From: Camelus ferus
Lineage: Eukaryota
Length of the DNA stretch: 64,000 bases
Direction: 5' to 3'
Assembly: GCF_009834535.1 (NCBI RefSeq)
Contig: NC_045698.1
Span: 4,032,001-4,096,000, forward strand
Positions 52,090-64,000 of the stretch are shown here, piece after piece. The position numbers and the translations under genes are program-made. The notes beneath the pieces were generated by a model. The model was given only the letters and a program-made list of their open reading frames with translations, was not told the DNA's origin and did not search any database. How positions within the stretch are numbered: position 1 is the stretch's first letter; every line of letters starts with the position of its first letter.

Positions 52090-54050
52090 GGCAAAACAGG
52101 GAAGTTGAAATTATAAGAATAGAAAAAGTTAAGCCAGTTTAACCAAAACAAAGGAAATATTCATCAAAGAAAAGATGTGTTAATCTAAGACAAAGTAGAC
52201 TTTAAGAAAAAATTATCATCAAAGAAAAAAAATGTTAAGATAATGACAATAGGTAAATTTCTCCAGGAAAATTCTAAAGAAAAACCTATAAAATTGAATG
52301 TGCATGTCCCTATCTCAGAGCTGCAGGACATATTAAAAAAAAAATGACAGAATTACAAGCGGAAAATGAAAAATATATCATTAGTATTATGGGAGATTAT
52401 TACAACAATCTCTTTCAGTAATTGAGACATACTACAAAGAATAGAAATAGAATATGGAATAGCTTAATGTTGTAATTATAGACTATCTTGATTTTAAAAA
52501 ACATATCCAGAACACTTCACCTTAAAACGATGACTAATATTGGAATCTTTATTAATATTGATTATGTTATTTAGACCATAAAACAAATTACAATAAATTC
52601 CACAGACTATTTCTTCTGACCCTGGTGCAAGCAAATTAAAATTTATTTTTTAAAAAAGTGTGCATGCTAGGAAATTTCAAAACAAACTTGTGTAGAACCC
52701 ATAACTCAAAGAGTAAAGTATAATAAAAATTAGACTGTATCTAGAAATGAATGATACTAAAAATATCGCTTGTCACAAAAAGAACCGTATTTAGAATTAT
52801 ACTGACTGTACTAACGCTAACTAAAATTCTACCAAAATTCAAAGACACAAATTCTAACATTATAGACATTGTTCTGAGGACTAGGAATGTACGAGCTGGT
52901 CTCAAATCTGGTAGCAAGTTTGTTCAAAGCAGAGACAAGACCAATCTCACTGCTGACCACAGAAGCAACAGTATTAAATACATTGGCAAGCTGAATCCAG
53001 TGACACACTCAGAAGATAATACATCATGAACACAGTGGCTTTATACCAATAACACAAAGATGATAAACATTATAAAATCTACTACTATGACTCAAAATGC
53101 AGGTTGAAACCAATCAGATTGACATACAGTGATCGTAATTAGTTAAACTAAAAAAATATTCAAAATTAAGCTTTTCCAAATCTAGAAAGAGCAAAAATTG
53201 CCTTTATTATAATAAGAGGTATTTACAAGAAGCTACAATGAACCTGATATTTAACTGTGAAATGACAAAAGAATTTTCCTTAACATCAGGAACAAGAGCA
53301 GAATGCCTACTCTCACTGCTTCTTTTCAATTTTTTTTCTTGGTGTCCAAGACAACACTATTAAGGAAGAATAAAGAAGTAAATATTAACAGTAGAACAGT
53401 CAATGTGTTTCTGTGCACAGAAAACCCCAGAGAACCTAGAACTAAATTACTGGAGTTAATAAGAAAAGTCAGAAGGTTGCTAGATGCAAAATCAATGTAT
53501 GAGAACGGATTAGATTCCAATAACCATCGACAAACAGGTGGAAAATCTAATTATAAAAATACCGTTTACCAAACAACAAATATATTATTGAGGATTAAAT
53601 CTAGCAAGAGGTAGGCAATAACTTTATGGGTAAAAATATGAAACATTATTAAAAGTCGTAAAATAAGTACTTGCTAAATGAAGAGATTTAACAGATCATG
53701 ACTAGGAAGATTCAGATATCAAGTTTTTATAAAATAAAAGAGACCGAGTATAATGTTAACACTAGGATAGAAAAACAAACGGATAGAGCATGACAGAGAC
53801 CCACCACACACATCGTTACAGAGAATTGGTATATGTCAGAGGCAGTTTTGCCAGTCAGTGGAGAAATGTGGGCATATTTAGTGAGGAGTGTGGGAAAAGT
53901 TAGTTATCCCCCAAATATATGTATTTCATACATATAAACATATATTTAAGTGCTACATTATACCTTAGATAAAAACAATGCTAAGTGGGATAAAATCTAA
54001 AGATGAGAAATAAGATTTTTAAAATCTACTAAAGTGATTATGCTTATGCC
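52090..54050 (+). mobile_element. Highly degenerate old L1 ORF2 region
   Basis: A-rich; agacaaagtagactttaag, tttcttctgac, atcaggaacaaga..atgcctactctcactgct, aaattactggagttaataag. Confidence 0.75.
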
Positions 54051-54569
54051 CATGTGAAAGTAACTGCTGTGGGATCTGCTCACCCATCATAAACACCTGG
54101 AAATAAGAACTCTACAAAAGATATAAAACAATGTTTTTAAAAATGGGAAGCACAGAATTCTGATCATATTCATCTCCTTCTTAGAGGAACTCCTATAGTG
54201 GACCACCTCTCCAGCCAATAATAATTATAAACCTTGCATAAAATATAATAAACATTTCTGAAGGCACTAGAAAGTGACCAAAAGTTGGTGTAAATAACTA
54301 GAGGGGATTTGACTCAAACAAAGAAAACCACACTTAGTGAAATCCACATTTATATGTTTCACTTCAAATTGGAAAGGCAGACCCAAACATCACTGGAGGA
54401 GCATCTGCAAATAGAAGAGTGTGTGCCAAGGTAACACGCAGACGTCTGAGGATGCTTAGCTGCAGTCTGGTCCATGGAAAGAGACTTACAACATGACACA
54501 GATCACAAAAAGTAATCTTTGAAATATTGCTAAGAATAGGTACACGTAATGTAGAAAAATTACATTGTT

Positions 54570-54670
54570 AGCCTGCCAGATCTTTAGTTTTTGGACAGGC
54601 TTACTGCAACTGAGTATCTTGAGAGAGCTGTCAATAGAGTATCTTGATTTCAGCAAGACATCTTGAACTC
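54570..54670 (+). mobile_element. CR1/L3 LINE reverse-transcriptase relic
   Basis: ttttggacaggcttact..tatcttgatttcagcaag (YLDFSK) resembles the CR1 motif FDRVT..VYLDFSKAFD. Confidence 0.5.
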
Positions 54671-56224
54671 AGTGGATTAAAAAAGAAAAAAAAAGGATGA
54701 AGCAGGAATAAATCTAAATTTGCATGCACCTAGGAGACTCTGCTTGGAGCACTGTGCTATTCTCTGGTGGGGAAGAAGCAATTCTAGCATGTTCCCATTA
54801 TTGCTGAAGCGTGTATTCAGTGTCATCCCAAAGAGCTCACATGGAACCCGAGAGTGCACAGGGGAAGCTGTTTTAAATGTGTTTTGTCACAGCTGCTTTG
54901 AGTGAAAAAAATGACAACAATAAACAATGTGCATATTCCATGCTCATTTATTTTTGTTTTTAAAATTGTATTTCCACAGGAAACCTGAGTAGAATATTTT
55001 CACATCTCTAATATGAGGCTCATTTTCTGTTTGTTTGCTTTTTTACTTTTAAAAATAATGATGAAAAGTTGGATATATAGAATTAGGGGGCGAGTGTGTG
55101 TGATCCACACATTCATGATGTCTTAGCTCTGGTTAAAAGACAAACAGGAAGGGTTAACGCTATGTCCCTTTTATACAGCAATACTGAACGGACGTGAGTG
55201 CCCTTGTAAATGGAAGAATAAAAGGTTGGGATAAAGACTCATGTAAGGCTACAAGAATATTCACACAAAGTTCATTAGAGCTGATGCAGCGCACGTGAAG
55301 GATGGATGCCTCACTCGTGTGAAAATGTGCCCACCAGCCCAGGAGACTGGCTCTGAGAGGTCTCATCAAGTGTGCTGCCTTCACTTTCCAGGAATAGCTG
55401 CTGGGTCTTGTTATCCAAAGAACACAGACGGGACTGTTCTGTGCACAGGCTGACTTCTCTCCAAGGCTGCCACTGCTCACACTCTAACTGTGGCTGACGT
55501 CCCAGTTTCTCACTTGCACATCCAGGACTTGGGTTAAAGCACAGCTAAGCTCCGTCCAATCCTAATCGTCGGAGCTTCTGCTGTCGCTTCAGATGCTCCA
55601 GCCATCTTAGGCAAAGAACCAGAGAATCTCCAACACAAAGTCACAGAAATTAGAATTATAGAAAACATTTCTAAAGAGCATTTTTAATAGTCATAAAGGT
55701 AATGCAAATTTATTTTAGGAAATTTGTGCGTTACAGGAAAACAAACCTTGTGATAATCGTCTAAATTATCTAATATTTGTTAAGCACTCGTAAAAATCTC
55801 AGAACTAAATACTTCATATTTATTTGTTTCTCCCCAAGCCTCATGAAATAGGTAAAATTACATTAGTTATATTATAGAAATAAATAAATGAAGATTAGAG
55901 ACTTAGCAGTTATTCATACAACCATAATGTGATTTCACAGCTAGTAGGTGGGATTTGACCTCAGACCAAGTCATAAAGAATAAATTTTTACCATTGTAAT
56001 AATCTGACCATCAAGTATTAAACATTCATTTCCTTCAGTCTGTCTTCGTATAGATCTATATTCTAAAAATAAATTGAGATTATACTATATATATTGAATT
56101 GGTCAGCTTTTGTTGCTGGTAAATTGAATATATCTCCATATCATAGATTTGTATTATACAACATTATTTTCAGCAGCCCATGGCTATTGAAATTCTGTTG
56201 AGGGGAATATTGTAAAATTTACTG

Positions 56225-56735
56225 CAGTCTGTTATCTACTGGTGTATCACAAATTATTCTAAAAATGTAAACACTTAAAACAACAAACGTTGACTGTCTC
56301 ATGGTTTCCAGGAGTCTGAGAGCAGCCCAGCTGAGCTACTCTGGCTCACAGCCTCCACCTGGGAGGTGAAGAACCACAGTCATGATGCAGTTCAGGTGGT
56401 GGGCAGGGCATGGTCATCTGAAGGCTTGACTGCGGCGGGAGGATCTGTTTCTAAGATAGCCCCCTCACATGGCTTTTGGCTGGAGGTCTTATACTATGGA
56501 GCTCTCCTCATAACAAAGGCAGGTGACAGGTGTAAAATAGAAAAAGCAAGGAGCAAGCCTCAGTGACTCTCATGACACAGTTTCCAAGGTCAAACAGACC
56601 ACTTCCTGTTTATTATGCTGGATATAAGTGACTCATGAGGCCCATGGCACCCTCAAGGGGAGGGCAGTTAGGTCCCATCTCTTGCAAGGAAGCGCATCAG
56701 GGAGGCTGCAGGAGTACTTTCAAATCACAACATGA
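56225..56735 (-). mobile_element. MaLR (MLT1) LTR
   Basis: cttaaaacaacaaac..tctcatggtttc..gtcatctgaaggcttgactg..ggatctgtttctaagat..tcaaggggaggg. Confidence 0.75.
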
Positions 56736-56950
56736 AATAATGCTATTTCTATATTTACATTTGTATGTTTTCTAATTGACTTCATTGTTTAACAATGTTG
56801 TTATAAGCAGCTTCATACATACATCTATGAGATTTTTTTATTATAATTCCCTTAGAATAATATCCAACTGGGACTAGGATAAAGTATATAAATATCTTTG
56901 AGGTTTGGGGTACATATCACCCTTTAGAAGGAGGGCATCTCTTGAGCCTC

Positions 56951-57470
56951 TGTGGCGGATTGTATTTCCCAAAGATGACCAACAAAATCACTACATTCTA
57001 CATATTATTCTTACAATGTGATGTTAACAATATACCCATTGAGTATTAGGGTCTAAGTCCTACTCCCCCACCCCTGAACCTGGGTGAAACTTTGTGACTG
57101 TCTCAACCAATAGAATATGGTAGAAATGACACTGTGTAACTTCTGAGTAGGTAATTAAAATGTCATGCACTTCTGCTTTGTCCTCCTGGAACACTTGCTC
57201 TTGGAACCAGCTACCATGCTGCAAGGAAGCCAACAGTCCTCAAGGAGAGACCACATGTAGGTGTTCTGGATGTCAGCCCCAGCTAAGGTCCTGGCCACCA
57301 GCCAGCATCAGCCACCAGACAGTAAGTGAGTGAGCCTTCTGATAACTTCAGAGACAAGGCACTCCAGGCCTCAATGCCCAGCTGACACTGCATGGAGCAG
57401 AGATGAGCTGCCCATCGAACGTGGTCCAAAATGGAGATTCATAAGCAAAATGTAACTGGTTATTTCACTC
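56951..57470 (+). mobile_element. MaLR (MLT1G/H-like) LTR
   Basis: tgtggcggattgtatttcccaaagatg..accaatagaatatggtagaaatgac..gccagcatcagccaccagac..atggagcagagatgagc. Confidence 0.8.
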
Positions 57471-57474
57471 CAGT

Positions 57475-58450
57475 GTACTGACTCAAGAAAAATGAAAACC
57501 TATGTCAACAAAATACTCATATAAGAAAGTGAATAACTACCAAAAACTGGAGAAAAATCCATATATCTATTGACAGAAAACCAGATAAACAATTGTGCTA
57601 TCCTCCTAAAATGAGGGTGCAGCAATTAAAAGGAGCACACGACTTACATTCGCAACAGTACTGATCAGTCTCACAGAAGAGAACACGCTGTGTGATTCAT
57701 TTGCATGAAATACTAATACAGTTTGTTGGAGGGCAGTGGGAACAAAAAGCACCCACTGAACTAGGTATCTCGAGACTGAAAAATGAGGCAGGCAGCTCCA
57801 TGTAATCAATGAATCAGTTTTTTATTATACGGTAACTTACAGGGTGGGCTCCAGTGGACAATGATCTGGAGGCATTTGCAGCTGCCCTTGGCACCTCCAA
57901 AAGGCCACTGGGACAGGTTGAGTTAACCCAGGGTATGGAGGTAAGTGCTTGGAAACTGGATATGCATTCCTAAACCAAGATTTAGGAATGGGTAACTATT
58001 CTTGTGGGTGCAGGAATAGGTCAGAGAAGGTCTTCATCATTGTTTAGGGACTAACAGAGCATAGAGGCCACCTGGTCCTAAAGATTATTAAACAATATCT
58101 ATTAACTACAAAGTTTTGACGACAGAGAAGAAATTTACTACGTGGTACATCCCCAGGTTGCATCAGTGGAAGGACAGGAGGAACTGAATGGGCCCAAGAT
58201 GTCTTCAGTTATGCTAACATCCAGGCACAGTTAAAACTAAAATGTGGTGATCAGATTGTGGTTACGGGGCCGGGTGAGAGTGGACATTGACTAGAAAGGA
58301 GTGCAATGGAATTTTCTGGGAGGATGGAAATGTTGCTTGTCTTGTTTTGGGTATGGTGGCACAGGTGTGTACAATTGTCAAATTTCATCGAACTGAACAC
58401 TTAAAATATGTGTATTTTATTGTATAGTAACTACATCTCAATTTTTAAAA
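57475..58450 (+). mobile_element. Old L1 3'UTR split by an LTR
   Basis: aaatgaaaacctatgtc..ccaaaaactgga; resumes aaaactaaaatgtggtgat..ggatggaaatgtt..gtcaaatttcatcgaactgaacacttaaaatatgtg. Confidence 0.75.
57724..58227 (-). mobile_element. Solo LTR (ERVL-type by TSD length)
   Basis: TG..CA ends, antisense AATAAA at ~57821, perfect 5-bp TSD cagtt (57719-57723, 58228-58232). Confidence 0.7.
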
Positions 58451-61400
58451 CCTGCAACCATCTTCTAAAATACTTTTGCTCTCTTAGTCCAGCCAGGCAC
58501 ATTTAACAGCATCACAGAGGACACTTTCTACTAAACTGTTAGAGGATGGAAGATGAGAAACCATACTTGCTGAAGGTCGTTTTCCATGAAGGAGGGCTCA
58601 TCAATTCATCAATTCTCATAAATTCTTGGGGGCAGAAGATGACAACAAATAAAGTTAACTAGTTGGTGAAAAATGGGGTCTGAAGATAGAAACTCAAGCA
58701 TTAAAAATTCTAGGAGATGAAAATGAGCACTCCTGCTACTAATGTTCTTGTATGAATTTATTGGACTTACTACTGAGCCAACCTGCTTCTGACAAGCGGT
58801 AGGAAATAATTTTGGTCAAAAGGCTATATTAACACAATCAGTATTTGCATTCAAGGCCCCAAAAAGCAGTTCTAATAGATAAAGAAAAATAATAATATCT
58901 TAGTTGTGTAGTGGGGCTCTTGTGGGGAGTTTATATTCAGCTCTGAGTCCAGGGGAGGATCCTGAGTGAAAATGAACCCTGTAGTCTGCCATTCTGAGCT
59001 TTGAAAATGAGGAATAATGAAGAAAAGCTTTTGTATAGAGGCAACGTGTCTCTCTGCCCAGCAAAGTGGTGAAATGTTTGTGTCTTGCTCCTGGGAGAAG
59101 CTAAGCAATTGCACTGCCATCTCCTTTTGTCCAATCAGATTTGAAACAGAACAGTCAGTTCTCTGTACTTCAGAGCAAGGAAGTGGACAAAATATCACCT
59201 GGAATATTGAAGAGGTGCCAGTGGTTCCTGTGAATCCTTTTATCTAATTTCCAATTGGTTTCATCAGTGATGTGTTAGTAAGTCAGGGAATCTGATTAGG
59301 GCACCAATAAGGGAAAAAGCTCTCAGTCTGGGATTATCCACATACATGCTTTCAAAGTCAGATGTGGGGTCCCCGGTGGGGGTGAACATCATGAGCTACT
59401 TGCCATGAAAATGAAATTTAAGAGCTTCTCTTTGTATTAAATTATAATTAGAAAGGAAGTAGGCATCCTTAATGTTCAATAACAGGTCTCTAACTGAGCC
59501 TTGGATCTGTCTGCATGTCACTGCTGACAGATGGCTCTCCAGAAAGGAGACGTTGGCAGGGCCACCTCACTTAGCCGTTGGCTTTATTGCCATGTTTGCA
59601 GCTTAAATGGGCCAAAACAAGTAGATTTAGACTTCATTGCCTAATTTTACTTAGCTATCTTTTACAAGATAGAAAATTTGCTTCAAATGTACACACACAG
59701 AGATGCCAGTTGTATCTCAGTGGTCACTCATCTAGAGAGCAGAGTGGTCTGGTCCAGTGACTCCCTAGCACAGCCCAGTGGGCAAACCAGGGATCCCCAG
59801 AGATTCTGAAGATCCTTTCCACCCACACCCCCAGGAGGACACAGGTTCTCCATCCATTTCTGGCCAATGTGGAATGAATTCCAGGGACTGGATACACTGT
59901 TTCCCTTGAAACAACCAAAAAAAAAGGGACAAAACTTCAGCAAATGATGGTTTTTCAAGACCCTAGAAGTCAGTGATCCTTGATAGGGAGGAAAGAATTG
60001 ATCACAGTAACCACAGCTTTCTACATGGGAGAGAAAAAGGTGGAGCAGAGCAGACTGCCTGAGGTGAAACTCGGAGCTGGGAGTCTGGAGATCAAGGTCA
60101 TCTGAGTGTGTGACAGAGGAGGGGCGAGGGGCGAGCTGTGTGGAGACATGTGCAGAAGGCCTCCCTCAAACGCCCAGCTGTGTACTGACCAACTCATGAG
60201 TCTGAGGAAACTACCAAGGCCAGGAAAGAACCGCCCAACAGGACTAGAGTCAGTGCCCGCTGCTCAGATGGGACCAGGGTGGTGCCTGTTCCCGCCAGCC
60301 AGACAGGAGAGCCCCATGGTTCACGGGACACTGGGCAGAGTGTTCAGTACCGTCTTGCCTCCACAGAAGGGAGTGATTATTCCTGGACCGAGCACTTTTC
60401 CAGTCCTGCCTAGCACTTCTTAAGAGCAGGATCCGAAAGGATCAGGCTGTTTGCAAGTGGCTTACCTGTGCTTCAGAACAAAGCTCAAGAATGCTTATGA
60501 GAATGTAACAATACCCAGGACCAGCAAGGTTGGATTCAAAATGCCTGCCATCTAGTAAAGATTAGCCGGCGTGCAATGAATCAAAAAATACCACCTTGTG
60601 GAACAGTAGGAGAAAAAGATAAATCCACCATTATACTCGAATGTCGCAATCTCTCTCTCTCAATAACTGATAAAGTTGACAGAAAATCAGTGAGGTTATA
60701 AAAGATTTAAACAACACTATCAACCAACTTGACCTCACTGAATTTATAGAAAAACCCTTTCAATAAATAGCAGAACACACGCTCTTTTCAAGTGCCCACA
60801 AATTTTTTTACCAAGATAGACTATGTTCAATTTCATAAAACAAAGTCTCAATAAATTTAAAAGAATTAAATTTCTACAAAGTATTTTCTCTGACCACAGT
60901 GAATTAATTTAGAAATCAAAACTAGACTGATCTCTATAAAATCCCTGGATATTTGAAACGTGAACAATACCCATGCATCAAAGAAAATATCAAAAAGAAA
61001 ACTGTATATCATTTGAACCAGATTGAAATGAAAGCACTATGTAATAAAACTTGTGGAACACTGCCAGAGCAGTGCCTGGAGGAGGGCACACTTAGCTCTG
61101 TATGTCAATATTATGGGGAAAAATCCTCAAGTAAATGATTTAAGTTTCAACTTGAGAAACTAGAAAAAGATGAGTAAATGAAATTCAAAGTACAAGGAAA
61201 GAAATAATAAAAATCAGAGCAAAAATCAAGGAAACAGAAACTTTAATGGAGGGAAAATCAATGAAATCCATAGCTAGGTCTTTGAGACCATCAGTAACGC
61301 TGACAAACCTGTACCCAGACTGATTACAGAATGAGAGATGATACATTTCACTAACACCAGAAATGAAAAGACGGCATCACTACTGGTTCTATGGACGTTT

Positions 61401-63287
61401 AAAGGGTGACAAGAGAATACAGTGAATGACTTTATGCCAATACATTGTACTAGATGGAATGGACAAATTCCTTGAAAAACATAGCCTGTCGAAGCTCATT
61501 CAAGAAAAAACAGGCAGTCTGAATAGCCCTACATATTCATTAAATTTCTAAATTTGTTATACATTTTTCAACAAAGAAAATTCTAGGCCTGAGTGAATGG
61601 TTTTATCGGTGAATTCCATTAAAAATGTAGCGGATAAAAAGTACTAATATCATATAAACTCTTCCAGAAATTGAAGATGAGAGGGCAGTTTCCAACTCAT
61701 TTTATGAAGCCAGCATTACCCTGATACCAAACACAGATAAAGACATTGTCAGAAAGGAAAACCACAGACGAATAATCCCTCATGAACATAGATAGAGGCA
61801 ACATTCTAGACAGAACTGTAGCAAACAAAACCCAAACTACAGATTAAAAATTCATCGTGGCTAAGTCGGGTTTATTTCAAAAATGCAGAGTTAATTTGAC
61901 ATTCAGAAATTAATGCACATACTTCACTATATTATCAAGCTGAAAAGGAAGAGTCAGTCATATGATTATCTAAACGGATGGAAGAAAACAACTGACAACT
62001 CCAGCAATCTCCCTAATAAAAATTCTCAACCCAGCAGGAATAAAAGGGAACTTCCTCAAACTGATAAAGGTCACCTGTGAAAAACTATAGTTAGCATCAC
62101 ACTGAAAGGTAAAAGACTGACTGATTCCCCCCAAAGATCATGAAGAAGACAAGGATCTCTCTCTCACCACTTCTCTTGTTTATCCTGGAGGTTCTAGCCA
62201 ATGCAATCAGGCAAGGAAAAAAAAAAAAAAAAAAAAGGCATCCATCACAACTGACATGATAGTATACGTAGAAGATGAAAAAGAACCTACAAAAAACCCC
62301 AAAAAACCTACTGGAACTAATAAGTAGTTTAACAAGTCTGCAGGATACAAATCAATATACTAAAATCAATCATGTTTTTATATATTTGCAACAAATAGTT
62401 AAAATTTAAAATTAAAGCAATGATGCCATTGGCAATATCACCCAAAAAAAAATAAATAATCAGGGGAAAATCTGTCTAAAGATATGAAAGACCTGCACAC
62501 TGAAAACAATGAAACATTGCTGAGAGAAATTAGAAGAGAACTAAATAAATGAAGAGCCACACCCTGTACCAGGGTCAGAAAACTCAATGTTGTTAAGACG
62601 TTAATCGGCCTGAAAATGAACCAAAACAACCTCAGTCAAAATCATGGATGACAATTTTTTTGGTAGAAATTGACAAATTGATTCTAAAACTCATACGGAA
62701 ATGCAAATGACCAGCAGTAGAGAAAACAACTTTAAAAAAGGAAAACAAGTCAGGAGAATGAATACTACCTGACTTCATGACTTATTGTGAAGCTATAGTA
62801 CCCAAGACAGTTTGTACTGTAAACAGAGACAAATAGATCAATGAAGTAGAACAGAAGAAACAGACATCCACGTATATATACAATTGACTTTAAAATAGTG
62901 CAAAGGCAGCTCAATGGATTTTTTTTTACAAATATTGGTGGAATATTTGGGTATCCACATGTTGCAAAACAAAAAAGAAATTCAAACTTACCTTGCACCC
63001 TATATAGAAATAAATCCAAAATGGACCATAGACCTAAATGTAAAATCGAAAACTTGAAATCTTCTAGATTAAAACGTTGGAGTTGACATTTGTAACCTTG
63101 AGTTAGGCAAGAGTTTCTTTAATACAGTGTCAAAATCACAATTCATAGAGGAAACGATTGCTAAATTGAACTTCATCAAAATTAATGCATCTGCTCCGGG
63201 AAACACTGTTAAGAGAATGAAGACACAAGCCATAGACTGAGAGAAATTATCCTCAAATCATTTGCCTTAAAAAAGACTTGCACCAGA

Positions 63288-63441
63288 AGGGGACAGATTG
63301 GGAATTCGAAAATTGCACCTCTTGGGGAATGATGGAAATATTAGCTATCTTTCTGGTGGTTTCATGGGTATATACATCTATCAAAATTCATCGAACTGTA
63401 CATCTGAAATATGTGTAATTTACTGTACAGGATCTATGTCT
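63288..63441 (+). mobile_element. Short L1-3'UTR-like insert inside the old L1
   Basis: Flanked by cttgcaccaga / cttgcacccaga; interrupts ORF2-like sequence. Confidence 0.6.
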
Positions 63442-63484
63442 CTTGCACCCAGATTTAAAAAGAACACTCAGAACTAAGGGTAAG

Positions 63485-63819
63485 TGTCTTATTCTGTTCA
63501 GGCTGCCATAACAAAAACCACAGAGTGGGTGGTTTATGAACAACAGAACTTTATTTCTCACAGTTCTGGAGGTTGGAAGTCCAAAATCATGGCACCCCCA
63601 TCGTCAGGTGAGGGCCCTCCTCCAGGTTGCAGACCTCTTGCATCCTTACATGGAGGACAGGACTAGGGGTCTCTCTGGAGCTCTTTTATAAGGATACTAA
63701 CCCCAACACCCTCTTGACTTAACTACCCCCTAAACTCTCCACCGACTAATACCATCCCCTTTGGGGTTTGGATTTCAACATACGAATTTTGCAGAGACAC
63801 AAACATCTAGACCTCAGCA
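63485..63819 (-). mobile_element. MLT1A-like LTR inserted in L1
   Basis: caggctgccataacaaaaaccacaga..tttatttctcacagttctggagg..acacaaacat. Confidence 0.85.
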
Positions 63820-64000
63820 ATAAACGTACACACAAACTCATTAAAATGTTGGCAGAAGATCTGCACATGCACTCGATCAGATACTTCACTAAAGAAGATA
63901 TACTGATGGCAAAAATCACCTGCAAAGATGCTCAACATCATTATTCATTAGGGAAATGTGAACTGAAATCGCAATGAGACACTGCTATCAAAACGCCTGA

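Larger units (their letters stand above)
59860..64000 (+). mobile_element. Old L1: probable 5' region plus degenerate ORF2, running off the window
   Basis: ORF2 relics from ~60590: acaacactatcaaccaacttgacct, atggacaaattccttgaaa, tatgaagccagcattaccctgatacca, ctcaacatcattattcattagggaaatg. Assignment of the 5' part is less certain. Confidence 0.85.

Noticed and set aside
1..64000. Host gene, CRISPR array or prokaryote-type system
   Set aside because: The sequence is mammalian, with no repeat-spacer array and no supportable exons. Small exons of a long-intron gene or a lncRNA cannot be excluded without alignment.

Overview
Mammalian, repeat-rich non-coding DNA, most likely from a camelid. The evidence is a tRNA-derived SINE at ~21.8 kb resembling the camelid Vic-1 family, plus cetartiodactyl-type L1 3' ends; these family names are from memory, not a search. 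I can support no host protein-coding exon, RNA gene or CRISPR-type system. The only real coding sequence is LINE-1. The main structure is a three-level nest at 3.3-9.9 kb: an MLT1A-like LTR is split by an older L1 3' fragment, which is itself split by a young 5.4-kb L1. That young L1 has a precise 5' inversion and a perfect 14-bp target-site duplication (TSD). A second 5'-inverted L1 at 39.0-39.7 kb shows twin-priming hallmarks and contains the uninterrupted form of the site the young L1 landed in. The rest is old L1, MaLR/ERVL/ERV1 solo LTRs, MIR, L2, a CR1/L3 relic, DNA-transposon MITEs, simple repeats and a few candidate regulatory patches. I found no convincing new biological system; the findings are retrotransposition-mechanism details and low-confidence regulatory candidates.
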